Below the pieces are notes generated by a model, which ran no database searches, was not told where the DNA came from, and saw nothing but the letters and a program-made list of their open reading frames with translations. From Azolla caroliniana (lineage: Eukaryota > Plantae > Polypodiophyta): DNA of 64,000 nucleotides. This document shows, piece by piece, positions 23,969 through 36,400 of the stretch. Numbering within the stretch: position 1 is the stretch's first letter; every line of letters begins with the position of its first letter. The stretch covers positions 11,284,001-11,348,000 of the forward strand of contig JBHGNT010000021.1 of the NCBI GenBank assembly GCA_043228905.1, read 5' to 3'. Made by a program: the position numbers and the translations under genes.

Positions 23969-26310
23969 AAATCCTCTCGTTTTTCGGAACCGAGGGAGTC
24001 GTGGTTACGTTCGTGGTTCGGCCGTACCGTCAGAAACTGGACCGAATGGCGCCCGTCCTGGCTTTTGACCCTTGCATAGGCCGAACCGTTATTCAGCACC
24101 TTGGTCTCCATTCGCGCCGCCGTGATGTACGGCTCTCCCAATATTACCGGATGCGAGGACGTCTCCTGTACGAAGAAGTGCTGGTCAATTTCGACATCGC
24201 CGATCTTGACCCGTACATTTAGGCAGGCCCCGTGCAGTTCCTCGGTGGCGCGCGTCGCCGCCCGTATCTTCCACCCGTGATTGGTGTTGATCGGCCATTT
24301 GCCCTTCTTGTAGAAGTCCATGGACATTAGGTTGATCTCCGAACCGTGGTCCACCAAAGCTACCACCGGTTCCTGGACATCTCCGATCTTCACCGGGGTT
24401 TCCGTGGTTGCTCGGGCCCAGTGTGGCCTCGAATAGTGGCTCTCCGCCCACTCATCTTCCAGCGACATGTCGTCTAGGTGCGTCATCCGCACCTCTACCG
24501 GTCTTTCCGGTTCTACCTCCGTTGACAGCCTCTTCCGCTTCACCAAGTCCACGATGGAGTCGTGGAACTCCTTCCTGGCGATTCCTAGCACTTCCCGTAA
24601 TGATAGTTCCACCTTGCTGTCGAGGATCCGTTCTTCTAGGACCTTCCGCAGGTCCGTGGTCCTCTCTATTTCCGTCCCCAGTCGGTATCCGCCCTTCCTG
24701 GGGTTATCTTGCGCACTAGACCCGCCGGCCTCGTTCCGTCGTTGCCCGAACCGGGTCTCGTATCGTTGTGAGGGCCCGGTCGTTCCGGTTTTCCCCACCC
24801 GCTTCTCTTCTACCAGAGCCTCGTAGTTCTGGCAGGCGGCTTCCACGAAGCCCGTCTTTTCCTCGACCGGGTCGCTCCACCCGGTTATCTCCCGGACCCG
24901 TTTCTCCGCACGGTCCGCTTCGTCCCCTTTCAGCCGCGTACCGGCGAGGCCTTCCAGCATCGCCGACCACAATCCGGCTTTGCTTTCCTTTTGGGCCTCG
25001 TTGCCCCCAACCCGAATGCCGGCCAACGCCGAGTAGTGGACGGTTTCCGCATGTCGGGCCGCCGCCTCTTCCATCAGTCTCTTCATTCCTCCTCGCCCGT
25101 CGTTTCGGTTTAGGGCCCTTCTGGTGTCGCTGGCGTGCACCCGGCCTTCCCACAGGTACACCACCCGGTTCTTCAGCGCCTCCACGAAATCGCCGCAGTC
25201 CTTCCGAATGTGGCCGACCTCGTCGCACCACATGCATCTGCTTCCCGCTGCCGGCCGTCGGTCGCGAGCCGGTTCGCCGCCTTCCCTGCGGGCTTGTGCA
25301 ATTTGGAGGTCCTTTATCGCCCTCGTCAACTCCTCTAGCGCGGCTCCTCCGGTCGAGCCTCTGATCACGCCGGTCGAAGCTGAACCGGTTTCCAGCCACT
25401 CCCGGGTCTCTCCCTTTCGCACCGGCTGCGCCGGTTCAAGCTTCCTTGCTGCGACCGAGCCCGACCCGGTCGCCCCGTTATCCGCCCATTCTCGCCGCTT
25501 GTTGAAACGGCCGCAGGCTCTCTTAACCGCCGCCCAGTCGGTCGTCAGCCCGTCTTCGGTTTCCAGCAGGGCGCCCACGTGATCCCGATCCCGCTCGTCC
25601 ACCGACTTGACGAACAGTAGGACCCGGCTTGTATCCAGGATCGTTCGGTCAAGCGTCGAAAGGCGCGCAAAGTTTTCCTCAAACTCCCGGAGGAGTGCCG
25701 ACGCGTTTCTTCCCTTCCCGGGGAACTCCACCCATTCCATGAAGCTTCGTTTCGAAAGCCGGAGCGCATCGTCCAGCCCGTATTTCTCTAGGAGCCGACC
25801 TTCAAACTCCTCCCAGGTACGGCTCTCAGCCCGCACCTCGAGCACCTCCGCATGGATGCTCGGCATCGCCACTCGGGGAAATCCGACAAGACGCCTTTCT
25901 TCCGGAATGTCCCGCATCAGCATCTTTGCACCGTAGGACGCCAAGTACTTCGTGGCATCCTTTCCGCTGAATCGGCCGATTGTACCAACGACCGCCTCAA
26001 TGGCTCTGTCGAGGGCGCCGGAGCCCTCGCGTGCATTTACTAACCGGTCAACGGCCGAAGCCATGGCTTCTGCCAGATCCGATCCCCTCATCTCCTGCTC
26101 TTCTGCCGCCTCTTTCACGTCGGGTTCACCAAGATGTCGAGATATTACGCTAGTGCGTATAGAAACGAGGCGGGACCGCGGGGGTCTTGAACCGAAGAGC
26201 AAGCGAGGGTGGAGAAAGAGAGAGGACCGGTTACGCGGGACCGGGGATACACAGGGACACGACCCTTCAACAAAGAGAACGCGAACAGACGTCGACACAG
26301 GTAGACGCAA
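23965..26310 (-). CDS. gag: Gag-protease of E (true start probably downstream of the PBS, near 26090)
   Basis: CMWCDEVGHIRKDC knuckle; ALVDHGSEIN..ILGEPY protease. Confidence 0.9.
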   Translation of the reverse strand: MRLPVSTSVRVLFVEGSCPCVSPVPRNRSSLFLHPRLLFGSRPPRSRLVSIRTSVISRHLGEPDVKEAAEEQEMRGSDLAEAMASAVDRLVNAREGSGALDRAIEAVVGTIGRFSGKDATKYLASYGAKMLMRDIPEERRLVGFPRVAMPSIHAEVLEVRAESRTWEEFEGRLLEKYGLDDALRLSKRSFMEWVEFPGKGRNASALLREFEENFARLSTLDRTILDTSRVLLFVKSVDERDRDHVGALLETEDGLTTDWAAVKRACGRFNKRREWADNGATGSGSVAARKLEPAQPVRKGETREWLETGSASTGVIRGSTGGAALEELTRAIKDLQIAQARREGGEPARDRRPAAGSRCMWCDEVGHIRKDCGDFVEALKNRVVYLWEGRVHASDTRRALNRNDGRGGMKRLMEEAAARHAETVHYSALAGIRVGGNEAQKESKAGLWSAMLEGLAGTRLKGDEADRAEKRVREITGWSDPVEEKTGFVEAACQNYEALVEEKRVGKTGTTGPSQRYETRFGQRRNEAGGSSAQDNPRKGGYRLGTEIERTTDLRKVLEERILDSKVELSLREVLGIARKEFHDSIVDLVKRKRLSTEVEPERPVEVRMTHLDDMSLEDEWAESHYSRPHWARATTETPVKIGDVQEPVVALVDHGSEINLMSMDFYKKGKWPINTNHGWKIRAATRATEELHGACLNVRVKIGDVEIDQHFFVQETSSHPVILGEPYITAARMETKVLNNGSAYARVKSQDGRHSVQFLTVRPNHERNHDSLGSEKREDF

Positions 26311-26815
26311 ACAAATGAATATAAATGTATATATATGAGCAAATATCTGATCAAGAAGCTACAACCCGCGATGGGGCACAGGATGGTTACAACCGAACAG
26401 GCCGGCGAACAGATGCCGATGCCTGTTCGCTGCGTCGCACAAAAGGGAGCAGGTCGGAGGTGCTGCCGGAAGCACTCGGGCGTTCCTCGGAACAGCGCGA
26501 GCCTCCTCGAAAACCCTGCACAGGAAAAGCTATGGAGGAAAAGAAGGAGAACAGAGAGCGAAGCGTCCAGAATCAGTCCGACAGCACTTCGTCCTCTCTA
26601 CGCGATCCCCCCCGTTCTCCCCCGTCCTCCTCCTTTTTTTTGTCAAGAAGGAGCCGTTCGGCATTAAATTCCTACCTACCGTATCTAACCACTTCGATCC
26701 TCCTAGGTACCTAATTCGCCTCTATGTACAACTTGGCGCGCACGTGCGTGAAGAGCCGGTTCCCACGCCTCGGTGCCCCAATTCCACCCTTGGACGGTTT
26801 TCTTCACGACAACGA

Positions 26816-29800
26816 TCTTTCACAGGATATTTTGGAGAGTTTTGTTTGTGGATTCGGCCAGTCCATTGGCCTGTGGATAATAAGGGGTACTACGCTTGTG
26901 TACCACGACATAGAATGTTGTTAAGCTCTCCACTACTTGACCGAGAAAATGTCCGCCTTGGTCGCTAATTAACTCGATCGGGCATCCATACCGGCACCAA
27001 ATGTACTCATATAAGAACTTTGTTGTTGATGCCGCAGTGTTGTCCCGCAAAGCATTGGCTTCTACCCACTTGCTGCAATAATCGGTGGCGACTATAACAT
27101 ATCAGTTCTATAACATATCAGTTGCCGGTTCTTATTGCGGGAGGTTTAAACGGCCCAACGAAATCCAGCCCCCATTTCTGAAAGGGTTCTAAGGGTAGCA
27201 CCGACTGGTGAGGCATCCTTGCCTGTTTTGTTGGTTGGCCCATCCGCTGACATAAATCACCGACTTTCGCGTACCGAACCGAGTCCTTTAGTGTCATCGG
27301 CCACCATAGCCCATTGTGCCATATCCGTAGCCTCCCTAGCATAGTATCCTTCGGCAACGCCACAGTGTGCTTCTCGTAATATTGTGTCGTTCTCATCGCT
27401 TCGCACTACTCGCCGCCATATGCCATCCGCACCTTTGTGGTACAGGGTGTCTTGTAGTAGACAAAAATGTCGGCTTTGCACCGCTAACCGCTTCCGCTCA
27501 TCCCGGTTCATCTCCTCTGGAGGGAGTCCCGTGCTTAGGAATTGCTGCATGTTGGTTAGCCATTTTTCTTCGTCGACTACCGTGCTATCAGTTGCCATTT
27601 CTGCTATTACTTTAAAAAACTCGGCATCCGGAAACTCATCCAGGATTCCATCACTGTTCTCGCCGGAATGTAACCGGCTCAAGTAATCGGCAACCACATG
27701 TTGTATTCCCGGCCGGTGATATATTTCGAACTCAAACTCTTGTAGCAACAATATCCTTTGGGCTAGCTTGCCAGTGAGCGATGCCTTTGAGCCGAAATAT
27801 AATAACGCTGAGTGGTCGACATGAAATGAAAATTTCTTTCCCAATAAATAGTGCCTGAACGTGGTAACATTGTAAATCATCCCTAAGGCTTCTCGTTCCA
27901 ATGTTGAATAATCTCGTTCTGCCTGGGATAGTTTCCGGCTTGCATAATAGATCAGTCGGTACCATTTCGGTTCCGTCAGTTGCATTAGTTTGCTTCCTAT
28001 TGCTATGTCGGATGCATCAACGAACACATGGAATTCTTTTGACTAGTCTGGTGGTTGCACTACTGGTGCTTGTGATAGTAGTACTTTCAGTGCCCGGTAA
28101 GCCTCATCCTCCATATTTATCCATTGGAATGGTGTCTGGTGAATCGCGGCATGCAATGGTGTAGCAAGATCGGCCAAATACCGGAGCATCCGGCTATGCC
28201 ACCGGATTTGCCCTACAAACCGACTCAAAGCTTTGGTCGTGGATGGTGCCAGTGCTTCTAAGATTGCTTTCACCTTATCAGGGTCTATCACGATCCCGTC
28301 CTTGCTGACAAGATGGCCCAGCAATGCACCGCTTGTTACTCCGAATACACACTTTGCTAGATTCAGGCTTAACCGATAACTCCTGCATTTCTCAAGACAT
28401 AGTCGGAGGTGTTGGAGTTGTTCTCCTTCTCGGCTATACACGATGAAGTCATCCAGGAATACCTGCATGAATGCCGGAATGAACTCGTCAAATATTTCCA
28501 TGATTATTCGTTCGAAGGTTGCCGGCGCGATCTTGAGCCCGAACATCATTACCACTGCGACAAAGACTCCCCATTTGGTGACAAATGCCATCTTTTCTTG
28601 GTCATCGGGGTGCATCCTTATTTGATTGTAGTCGCTGAAACCATTTAGGAAGCTATAAACTTAATGACCAGCTACCGCGTCCAACACTCCATCTATAAAC
28701 GGCAGTGGAAAGGCGTCGGTCACTGTCGCCGCGTTGAGTTTCCGGTAATCAACGCACACCCGGATCTTACCGTTCTTTTTTGGCACGAAGACTATGGGAC
28801 TTAACCATGTAGCTTTTTTCACTGGTCGGATAAAACCGACCCGTAGCAACTTGTCCATTTCCTCTTTCACCTTTGCCGCATAGTTAGGGTTCATCCGATA
28901 ACGCCGTTGTGCTACCGGTTTGGCATCCTTATTGAGGTGTATTTGGTGTTGGTACAACTGAGGATCCAGCCCCCACATGTCTTCATAGGACCAAGCGAAT
29001 ACATCCCGAAATTCCTTTAATAAAGTGATCATCGCCGTCTTGTTGTCCGGTGACATTTCCTTAGCAATATGAACCGGTTTGGCGTCATCCTCGGTCCCTA
29101 ATTTCACTTCCTCTAACTGGGATGCTTTACGGCATTGGGATATCACCATCTCCCTCTCTAGAGCTTCTTGTGCTTGCCGTAATTCTTTGATAGCTTCCCG
29201 ATCCGGTTCGTCGACGGCGTCGTCCGATTGCATTCTATATGGTGACACTGCTTCTGCCACATTGATTTCAAATAGAGGTACAAATTTTGGGTTTTCTTCT
29301 AAGTATTGGTCGACCTCTTCGTCCGCAAGACCCTCAAGCATGTTTACACCTTCCGAATATAGCGGTGTCAGCTGCTTGCCTGTACTTGCTCGAGGGTGGG
29401 TAGGTACCCTTACTTTAGTCTTTCCTCTTTGGAAGGTAATCATGTTTTTCCGCCAGTTTTGTTTGATATGTGCCGTTTTTAGCCATGGGCGGCCCAACAA
29501 CAACGGGTAAGCCCCTTGTGCACTGAGCTAGAGAACCACCGCCGAAATGGGGAATGCGTGACCTCCAATAGTTACGTCTAGATCCCGTATCAAACTGGTA
29601 GGTCTTACCGAACTTATATCCGCCATCCGGAGCCAAAACGGGCAAGGCTCCCATTCCTGGATTCCCAAGGTATTACAAGTCCGTAGACTGATCACGTTCA
29701 CGCCTGATCCTCTGTCCACAATCGTCCCTGGTAGTTCTCGTCCTTTGATGATGGCGGTGATTGCCGGACTGTTCGTGTCTACCACTACTAGCCCTTCTTT

Positions 29801-32800
29801 CGGATTTGAGAAGAACACAGGAGCCGGCATCGGAATTGATGTGGTCATTCCTGATTTCAGCCCTTCCGTAAACCGGGGCACTAGCTGTAATAACCGACCC
29901 AATGGCAACGTAATCTGACATTCTTGTAACGCTTGCCATGTTGGGTTTTCCAGCTGAATTGTGTAGGTGGCCCCTTCCGGTTTCTCCTTTTGTTGTTCAA
30001 GCTCCGCCACATTTTGCTCATTTGCCTTCTTCACCCACTCGGTGGCCTTCTTTCGGATTGCCTCCTGTGTTTCCCACTCCATTGTTTTGCCTTTTGCCCT
30101 GGTGGTGACTTGTTGTATGTCGGCGACTTCTACTCCCACCATATTTACGACTGATCTTTTCTCGTAGCTTTTAACTGAACATTGATTACTGTAATGTCCT
30201 TCTTGCCGGAATAGTAGCAGTACACTTTCCAGGTGTTGCTGGATTCGGCATTCGCTCCGGTACCCGGTTGAGTTCCTATTGGTGGTCGGTTGGGTGCTTG
30301 GCCTTCGTCCGTTTGGGTACTTGGCGTGCCCTTGTCCTGCTACCACTGGCGGTCCTCCTTTTTTGTTGAAGCGTTTTTTGTTCTGGTAACCCTGTCGGGG
30401 CTGGTTTTCATAGTTGCCTTGATCCTCCCTCCGTTGGTTGTAACCGGGGGAGTGATCCCGGTTGTATCGATCATATCGTTCACCATTGTAATCCCGGTAG
30501 CTATCCTACCGGTCTTAGTCGTGAGCATCCTTTCTACCGCTGTTCCGGGTACCTTGCGCCAGTCGGTAATGCTCATCTCACCGCCAGCGTTCTTCTTCCT
30601 CCTCCCAGTTGCTCCGGGGTTCGATTTGCCTTACCGGTGCCGCTTGCCGGTTCAGCAAGTTATATTCGCATTGGTCCATTGTGTGCGTCTTGGAATGGCA
30701 TAACATACACTATGTCCACATGGTACATTCTATTGTTGAGTGCCTAGGATTGAGACAAGTCGTACATTGTATAGCTTGCCGAAAACGTAGGTCGTCTTCT
30801 GTCGGTAATGTACGCTGGAGTGCCCCCATTGTTAGCCACAAGCTTGTTTTCTCCATCTCCTTGACCCGTTGTCGTGAAGGATTTGCTTCACGATATAAAA
30901 ATAAACTTGAATATTGTATTAAGTAACATTTGAAAGACTTGAACACGTAACCTAACACACCAAGGAAGAAGCATATACCATTAGGATAAGCTATTTTCTA
31001 TAATTAGATGCTTTTATCACCATACTTATGACATGTGTATCTTCATACATTATTGCTTAGATGAGCATCATGGCTATCATGCATCACATGTGAAGCATGT
31101 GCGCCAAATGGCGATCATGCATCACATGCATGCCATGCACCCCCATATCATCATATGCATGAGAGAACTTATAAAGAGAGGTAAGGAATTCAGGGATGAA
31201 TCAAGGGAAAATAGGGTAATCAATCAATGATGAGAAAGTTAGAGAAATAAGATAATCAAAGAAACAAATAATAAGTTAGCTTGTTGATGAAGAGGCTCGT
31301 GTTTCCAAGTTGGAGTCAAGGGTTCAAATCAAGGGTCGGTATTGAAAAGATTCATTTTGCGATCAAGGATTGCAAAGTTGGTAAAATATTATATTTTTAA
31401 TATATGTCATGTTTATATCATATACTCTTGCTCCTTGAATCATACTTTGTCTCAATCTTCATTCTAGAATCATGCTTTGTCTCAATCTTCATTCTAGAAT
31501 CATACTTTGTCTCAATCTTCTTTCTTGAATTATACATTGTCTCTATCTTTTATCTATGCTCGTGTCTCTCTCTCTCTCACACACACACACACATTACTCG
31601 TAACTCTTCTTCTTACTATCCTTAACCATTCTATCATCACCATACAAGCCTTATTAAAAGTTAAGTTCCTTCAACTCCCCTTAACCTTAGTCCCCGCGAC
31701 TTCGCCGCATGAACCACAACTACCTCGACACCGTTCTATGACGTGGTCGATCGTGCTGGTGCGGAAATCGATCACTGCACACACCGTATGCAGGGGTTCC
31801 CTGAGTGCGGCTAGGAATATTGCTTTTGCCTCTGCCTCTGATGGTGCCCGATTGAGCTGATTGTGCATTCGTTGGAACGGGATTACGAATTGCTGAATAG
31901 TTTCTGTAGGTTCCTGCCGTATGGTGTAGAATAGGCCAACCATCTCCTCTTGATCCACCTCCTTGTTGAAGAACTATAAAAATCTAGTTTTTAAGTCCTC
32001 AAACGTCGTGATGGTTCCGGGGGGATGCGTCAAGCGCCATCACGCGGCTGGTCCTTCCAAGGTCATGCCGAACTTTGCAATCTTTGAGCGTTCTACTTTG
32101 GCGGCGCTCAAGCGTTGCGACACATGGTTTGCTTCCCATGTTTGCAAAAATGCATAGACATGAGCTTCTGCGTCCGGATCATCCCGGTACTTGGGATATG
32201 GGAACGACATGTCATCGTCCAGTGTTGGAGGTCTCCCCTCCTCTTCCTTCGGTGTTGGAGGTCTTTCCTCCTCTTCTTTGGGTGTCGGAGGTCTTTCCTC
32301 CTCTGCTTCCAATGTCTCACATGGCAGTGTCGAAAGTTGATCTGCCACTTGCCGGTCTGGGGCTTCCAGTTCCATTAACTTTGGTTCTGGTGTCGGCAGG
32401 GTATCTGACTGCTCGTCCTCCAATCCGTTTGGGTATTGTGGCTGCTACGGTAATTCGAATGGGCATTGCATTCACCGTCCGAATCCGATTCGAAGGCCGA
32501 GAATGGCTCTGAATCGCCTCCCCCTGTCACTAGTGCATGCAGAATGGATTCCGCATCCCGGAGACTGCTCAAACTGCTTCGTTCGTCCGGTTGGGAATTC
32601 TGCTGCCCACGGAGTGACTCTACGGCCACTCACCAGATTACTTTCGAAAATGACCGATTTACACGGATCTCTTCTGCCACCTATTGGAAAGCCTCTCGCT
32701 TTCGCAATCGTTCGGCAAGCAAGTCTTCTTACTCGGTCTGTAACCGAGTCGTTTGTTGGTCTAGTGATCCATGCCTGCTGTTATTCGCTCCGTTTGTGCA
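26816..32800 (-). pseudogene. pol: Degenerate gag-PR-RT-RH-INT of F (INT continues at 19328-19737 and ~18260-18490); split by a solo LTR at 30870-31730
   Basis: ORF fragments 32040-32423, 29528-30346, 28661-29503, 28043-28615, 27257-28027 and 26820-27396 lie in Gypsy domain order. Confidence 0.88.
30870..31730 (+). repeat. Solo LTR of the D family
   Basis: Matches the D LTRs; perfect 4-bp TSD CCGT; splits the F gag. Confidence 0.93.
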
Positions 32801-33470
32801 GGAATCGTGGTCGCCAAAAACTGTGTTACCGTTAGGGCCGGGCAATGGCCTAACACAAGGTGTCCCTTTGAGACACTTCACCAAAGGGGTGTTGCGGTGA
32901 GATAGAGTTAGACTGACTATTAATGGAACCCTAATTGGTTACTACCGGCAATATCATTAGTCACAATACACGCGTAGGATAAATTACACTTAACACTGAA
33001 AGGTAATTAACAATGATTAAGATACAGAACAACAACACTCTATTAATTATCCGCTGATGATTACAATCTAACCGGGCCCTTTTATAGGTCTCCGGCTTTA
33101 GGTACAAACCGGTGCCAACCGGCAACCGGCTATGAACCGGTTCGGATCCGGATCGGCATACCGACTGTAGGTCCGTCCATTTGCTTTTCAAAATCATAAT
33201 AATTCTATATTGTAACATTATAACTAATCAGCTCCCAGTTATTAATTATCCCCCTTTTCCCATTTTGGACTTCCCTTGTTAGCTGACTAACAAGCAATGT
33301 GTTCTTAGCTCAAGTAATGGTTAGAACTAAAAGTACTCATTCAGTACATGTCTTAGCACTCTTAGATTCCGGAGCCAACTCTTGCTTCATGGATAGGAAT
33401 TTTGCCCAAGCTCATAAGATATCCCTAAAAAAACTCCCATGTCCAACCTTTGTAATAGTCATTGATAGTC

Positions 33471-36400
33471 GTGGATCGGCGATCCATTGCATCACTGGCC
33501 CAGTCGGCATCTGTATATACGGCTTGTTCCTCGGTTATACCATGCCGGTATAATAGTCCCCGGTCCTTGGTGCCAGTCACATATTGCAAAATTCGATGCG
33601 CGCACATAAGGTGCTCAGTTTCTGCATATATTGGCTAATAATGCCGACCGGATAACTGATGTCAGGTCGGGTGATTGTCAAATATATAAGGCTTCCGACG
33701 ATTTGTCGGAACCGCTTCTCATTTCTGGTTCCGGTCTAGGGGTGTGGAGACAGGTCGGCATTCTGTGATGCCGACCTGTACAACATATTCAACACGTAGT
33801 GTCGTTATGAGAGCAATATGCCGTCGCGGGTTGGGATCACCTCGATCCAAAGAAAATAATGAAGGTCCCCCAAGTCCTTCATTTCAAATGTGTCCGACAG
33901 CTGGGACTTTACTCGGCAGATTTCATTGAGTCTAGGTCTGATGATGACTAAATCATCAACATAAAGTAGAATGCTAATCGGACTGTTCGGACCTTGCCGG
34001 ATGAACAACGAAGAGTCGAACTTGGAGGCTGCAAACCCCATCTTACACAACCGGTGGATGATCTTCGCATTCCAAGCTCGGGGGCTTGCTTCAGGCCATA
34101 AAGTGACTTCTTCAGCCGGCATACCGCCGACTTGTTCATCTCCAACTGGAAACCGGGGGTTGGGTCATAAAGACCTCTTCTTCAAGATCGCCTTGTAGAA
34201 ATGCATTCTTCATGTACATCTGGTGAAGATGCCACCTCCTTGCCGCAACAACCGCCAACACCACACGAACCATCGTCATCTTCGCTACCTGAGCGAAGGT
34301 CTCATCGTAGTCGATTTCGTGGGTCTGGGCGTATCCCTTCGCCACTAGCTAGGCCTTGTACCAGTTAACCGAACCGTCGGCATTGTACTTTATCTTGTAC
34401 ACCCACTTACAACCGATCGGTTTACAGTGTCGGGGAGGATCAACTAGGTCCACGTGTTGTTGGCATCAAGTGCCCGCATTTCTTCCTCCATAGCGGCACG
34501 CCAATTTGCGTCCTTTGCCGCTTCTGCATAGCTCTCCGGCTCACGCACTTCTGCCATCTTGGTCATGTACGCATAATGATGCGCCATGTACTCATTGTAC
34601 CCGTACCGCTTCACGGGGTTCTTCTAGCGGGAAGACCGGCGTAACTTATCGTTACCTATTTTGAGGCCATTCTTGGCCGGTTCGGTCTTCGTTGCCGAAG
34701 ATTCGCCTTCTTTTTCAGAGTCGGATCCGCTCCGATCCGACTCACCATTGCCGGTCTCATGCTCCGGCATCTTCCTCTTCCCCTTTTCCTTGCGCGTGAA
34801 CCATCTCCTTGGTTCCTTGCGTGGGGGGAACATGGCAGAGTCTCCACTACTCACTGGTTCATCTTTCGACTAGTCTGTCTGACCCAGTCGCTCATTCAGC
34901 CCGCTCAACTGAAACGATTTCCGGACTCACATCTAGAGTCTCGAACCCTTCGTCTTCTAACTGGACCGTTTCGGGCTCACTAGCCTCATCCTCGGGTATC
35001 GGGTCAGGCTTGGAAGTCGGAGCCGGTAAGGCATACCATGATGCCGTCTCATCAAACTCAACATCTCGGCTAACTCAGACCTCCTTCGTTCGGGGGTTAT
35101 AACACTTATACCCCTTTTTCTCATGCGAGTAACCGACCAAGATGCATTTCTCCGACTTTGCATCCAACTTCCTCCTCTTCTCATCCGGCACATGCACATA
35201 TGCACTGCTCTTGAATATCCGATGGTGTCTCAAATTCGGCTTGCGCCTGAAATACAGCTCATGCACGGACACCTTGTCACTGATCCGGTTTTGGATGTAG
35301 ACGGCTGTGCGGATCGCCTTAGCCCAGTAGAAATGGGGCATGATCTTCTCTTCCAGCATTGCCCTTGCCGCATCGACAATCGACCGGTTCTTCCTCTCGG
35401 CCACACCGTTTTGCTCCGGTGTGTATCTGTAGATGAATTCTCTCCGAATTCCTTTTTGTTGCAGATAACTATTGAATTGGCTAGAAAAATATTCTTTTCC
35501 GCCATTCGACCGCATGCACTTGATCTTCCTCTCCATTTCCCGTTCAACCAGACTTTGCAGGTTCCGAAAACACTCAAAAACTTCGCTCTTCCGCTCAATG
35601 AGGTAGATCCATGTGTGCTAGATGTAGTCATCAATGAAGGAGACGAAGTATCGACTCCCGCCAAGACTAACGTTATGTCTCGGTCCCAATACATATGAAT
35701 AAATAAGATCGAGCTTGTTACGGCTATGGTTTTGTTCGGTGGGGAATGGAATCCGGTGTTGCTTCCCGAGTTGCCAGGCGTCACATATTTGGACCTTCCG
35801 GCCACTGAATTTCGGCAAACCGAAAACAACTTATTTCGTTTGCAGGTCTTGAAGCCTCCAGTAATTAACGTGGCCAATCCGCTTGTGCTAGAGATCAATA
35901 TCCGACTCAATCTTCTATCCTTTGGCGAACAAAGCGGCGTCGACGTCATTGGTGTCGAGGATGAACATCCTCCCATCTTTGCGCCCTTGCGCAATAATCT
36001 AGCCCTCTTCCGCAATGAAGCACCCAAGGTGCGTAAACCCCACCTGCATCCCCTAATCAATGATCTGACCGACTGACGTCAGGTTCTTCGTGATAGTCGA
36101 AACGTGTAATATGTTCATCAGCTTCCCCCTCTGTTTGACGTGGCTCAAAGGGACTTCTCCGACATGCACGATTGGGTGAGGCATCTCCGGTTTCGATGAC
36201 TGCCGGTTGTTCTGGTTTCTCCAAGAAGGAGAACCACTCTTTGTGGCTCGTCATGTGATTCGACGTACCAGAATCAACGTACCACACTTCCTCCGATTTG
36301 GAAGTGGTCTTCCTCATCAAGTTAGTCTCGTGTTTCATCACCAAGGCCCTTTACCAGCTTTTCCGGTTTTGGATCCTCCTAATCCTTCTGCATAGTGTGA

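Larger units (their letters stand above)
19738..26811 (-). mobile_element. Gypsy E, near-intact and young; 677-bp LTRs 19738-20414 and 26135-26811, tRNA-Trp PBS 26114-26131
   Basis: Perfect 4-bp TSD ACGA; about 7 LTR differences by eye; G-rich PPT at 20415-20427; complete gag-PR and RT-RH-INT. Confidence 0.96.
14547..33292 (-). mobile_element. Gypsy F, non-chromovirus (Athila/Tat-like) with a long extra 3' ORF; LTRs 14547-14956 and 32824-33292
   Basis: TSD AGCAA (14542-14546, 33293-33297), with the empty site visible in paralog L near 63265. PBS TGGCGACCAC is tRNA-Arg-like. RT DAFPLPFID..FLDDF, RH VDASD, INT WGLDFVGP. Confidence 0.9.

Noticed and set aside
19738-26811. Many overlapping and antisense ORFs in E
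   Set aside because: Expected from GC-rich coding DNA; no recognisable domains.
32215-32310. EEERPPTPK x3 repeat in F gag
   Set aside because: Ordinary in-frame 30-bp slippage in a disordered linker.
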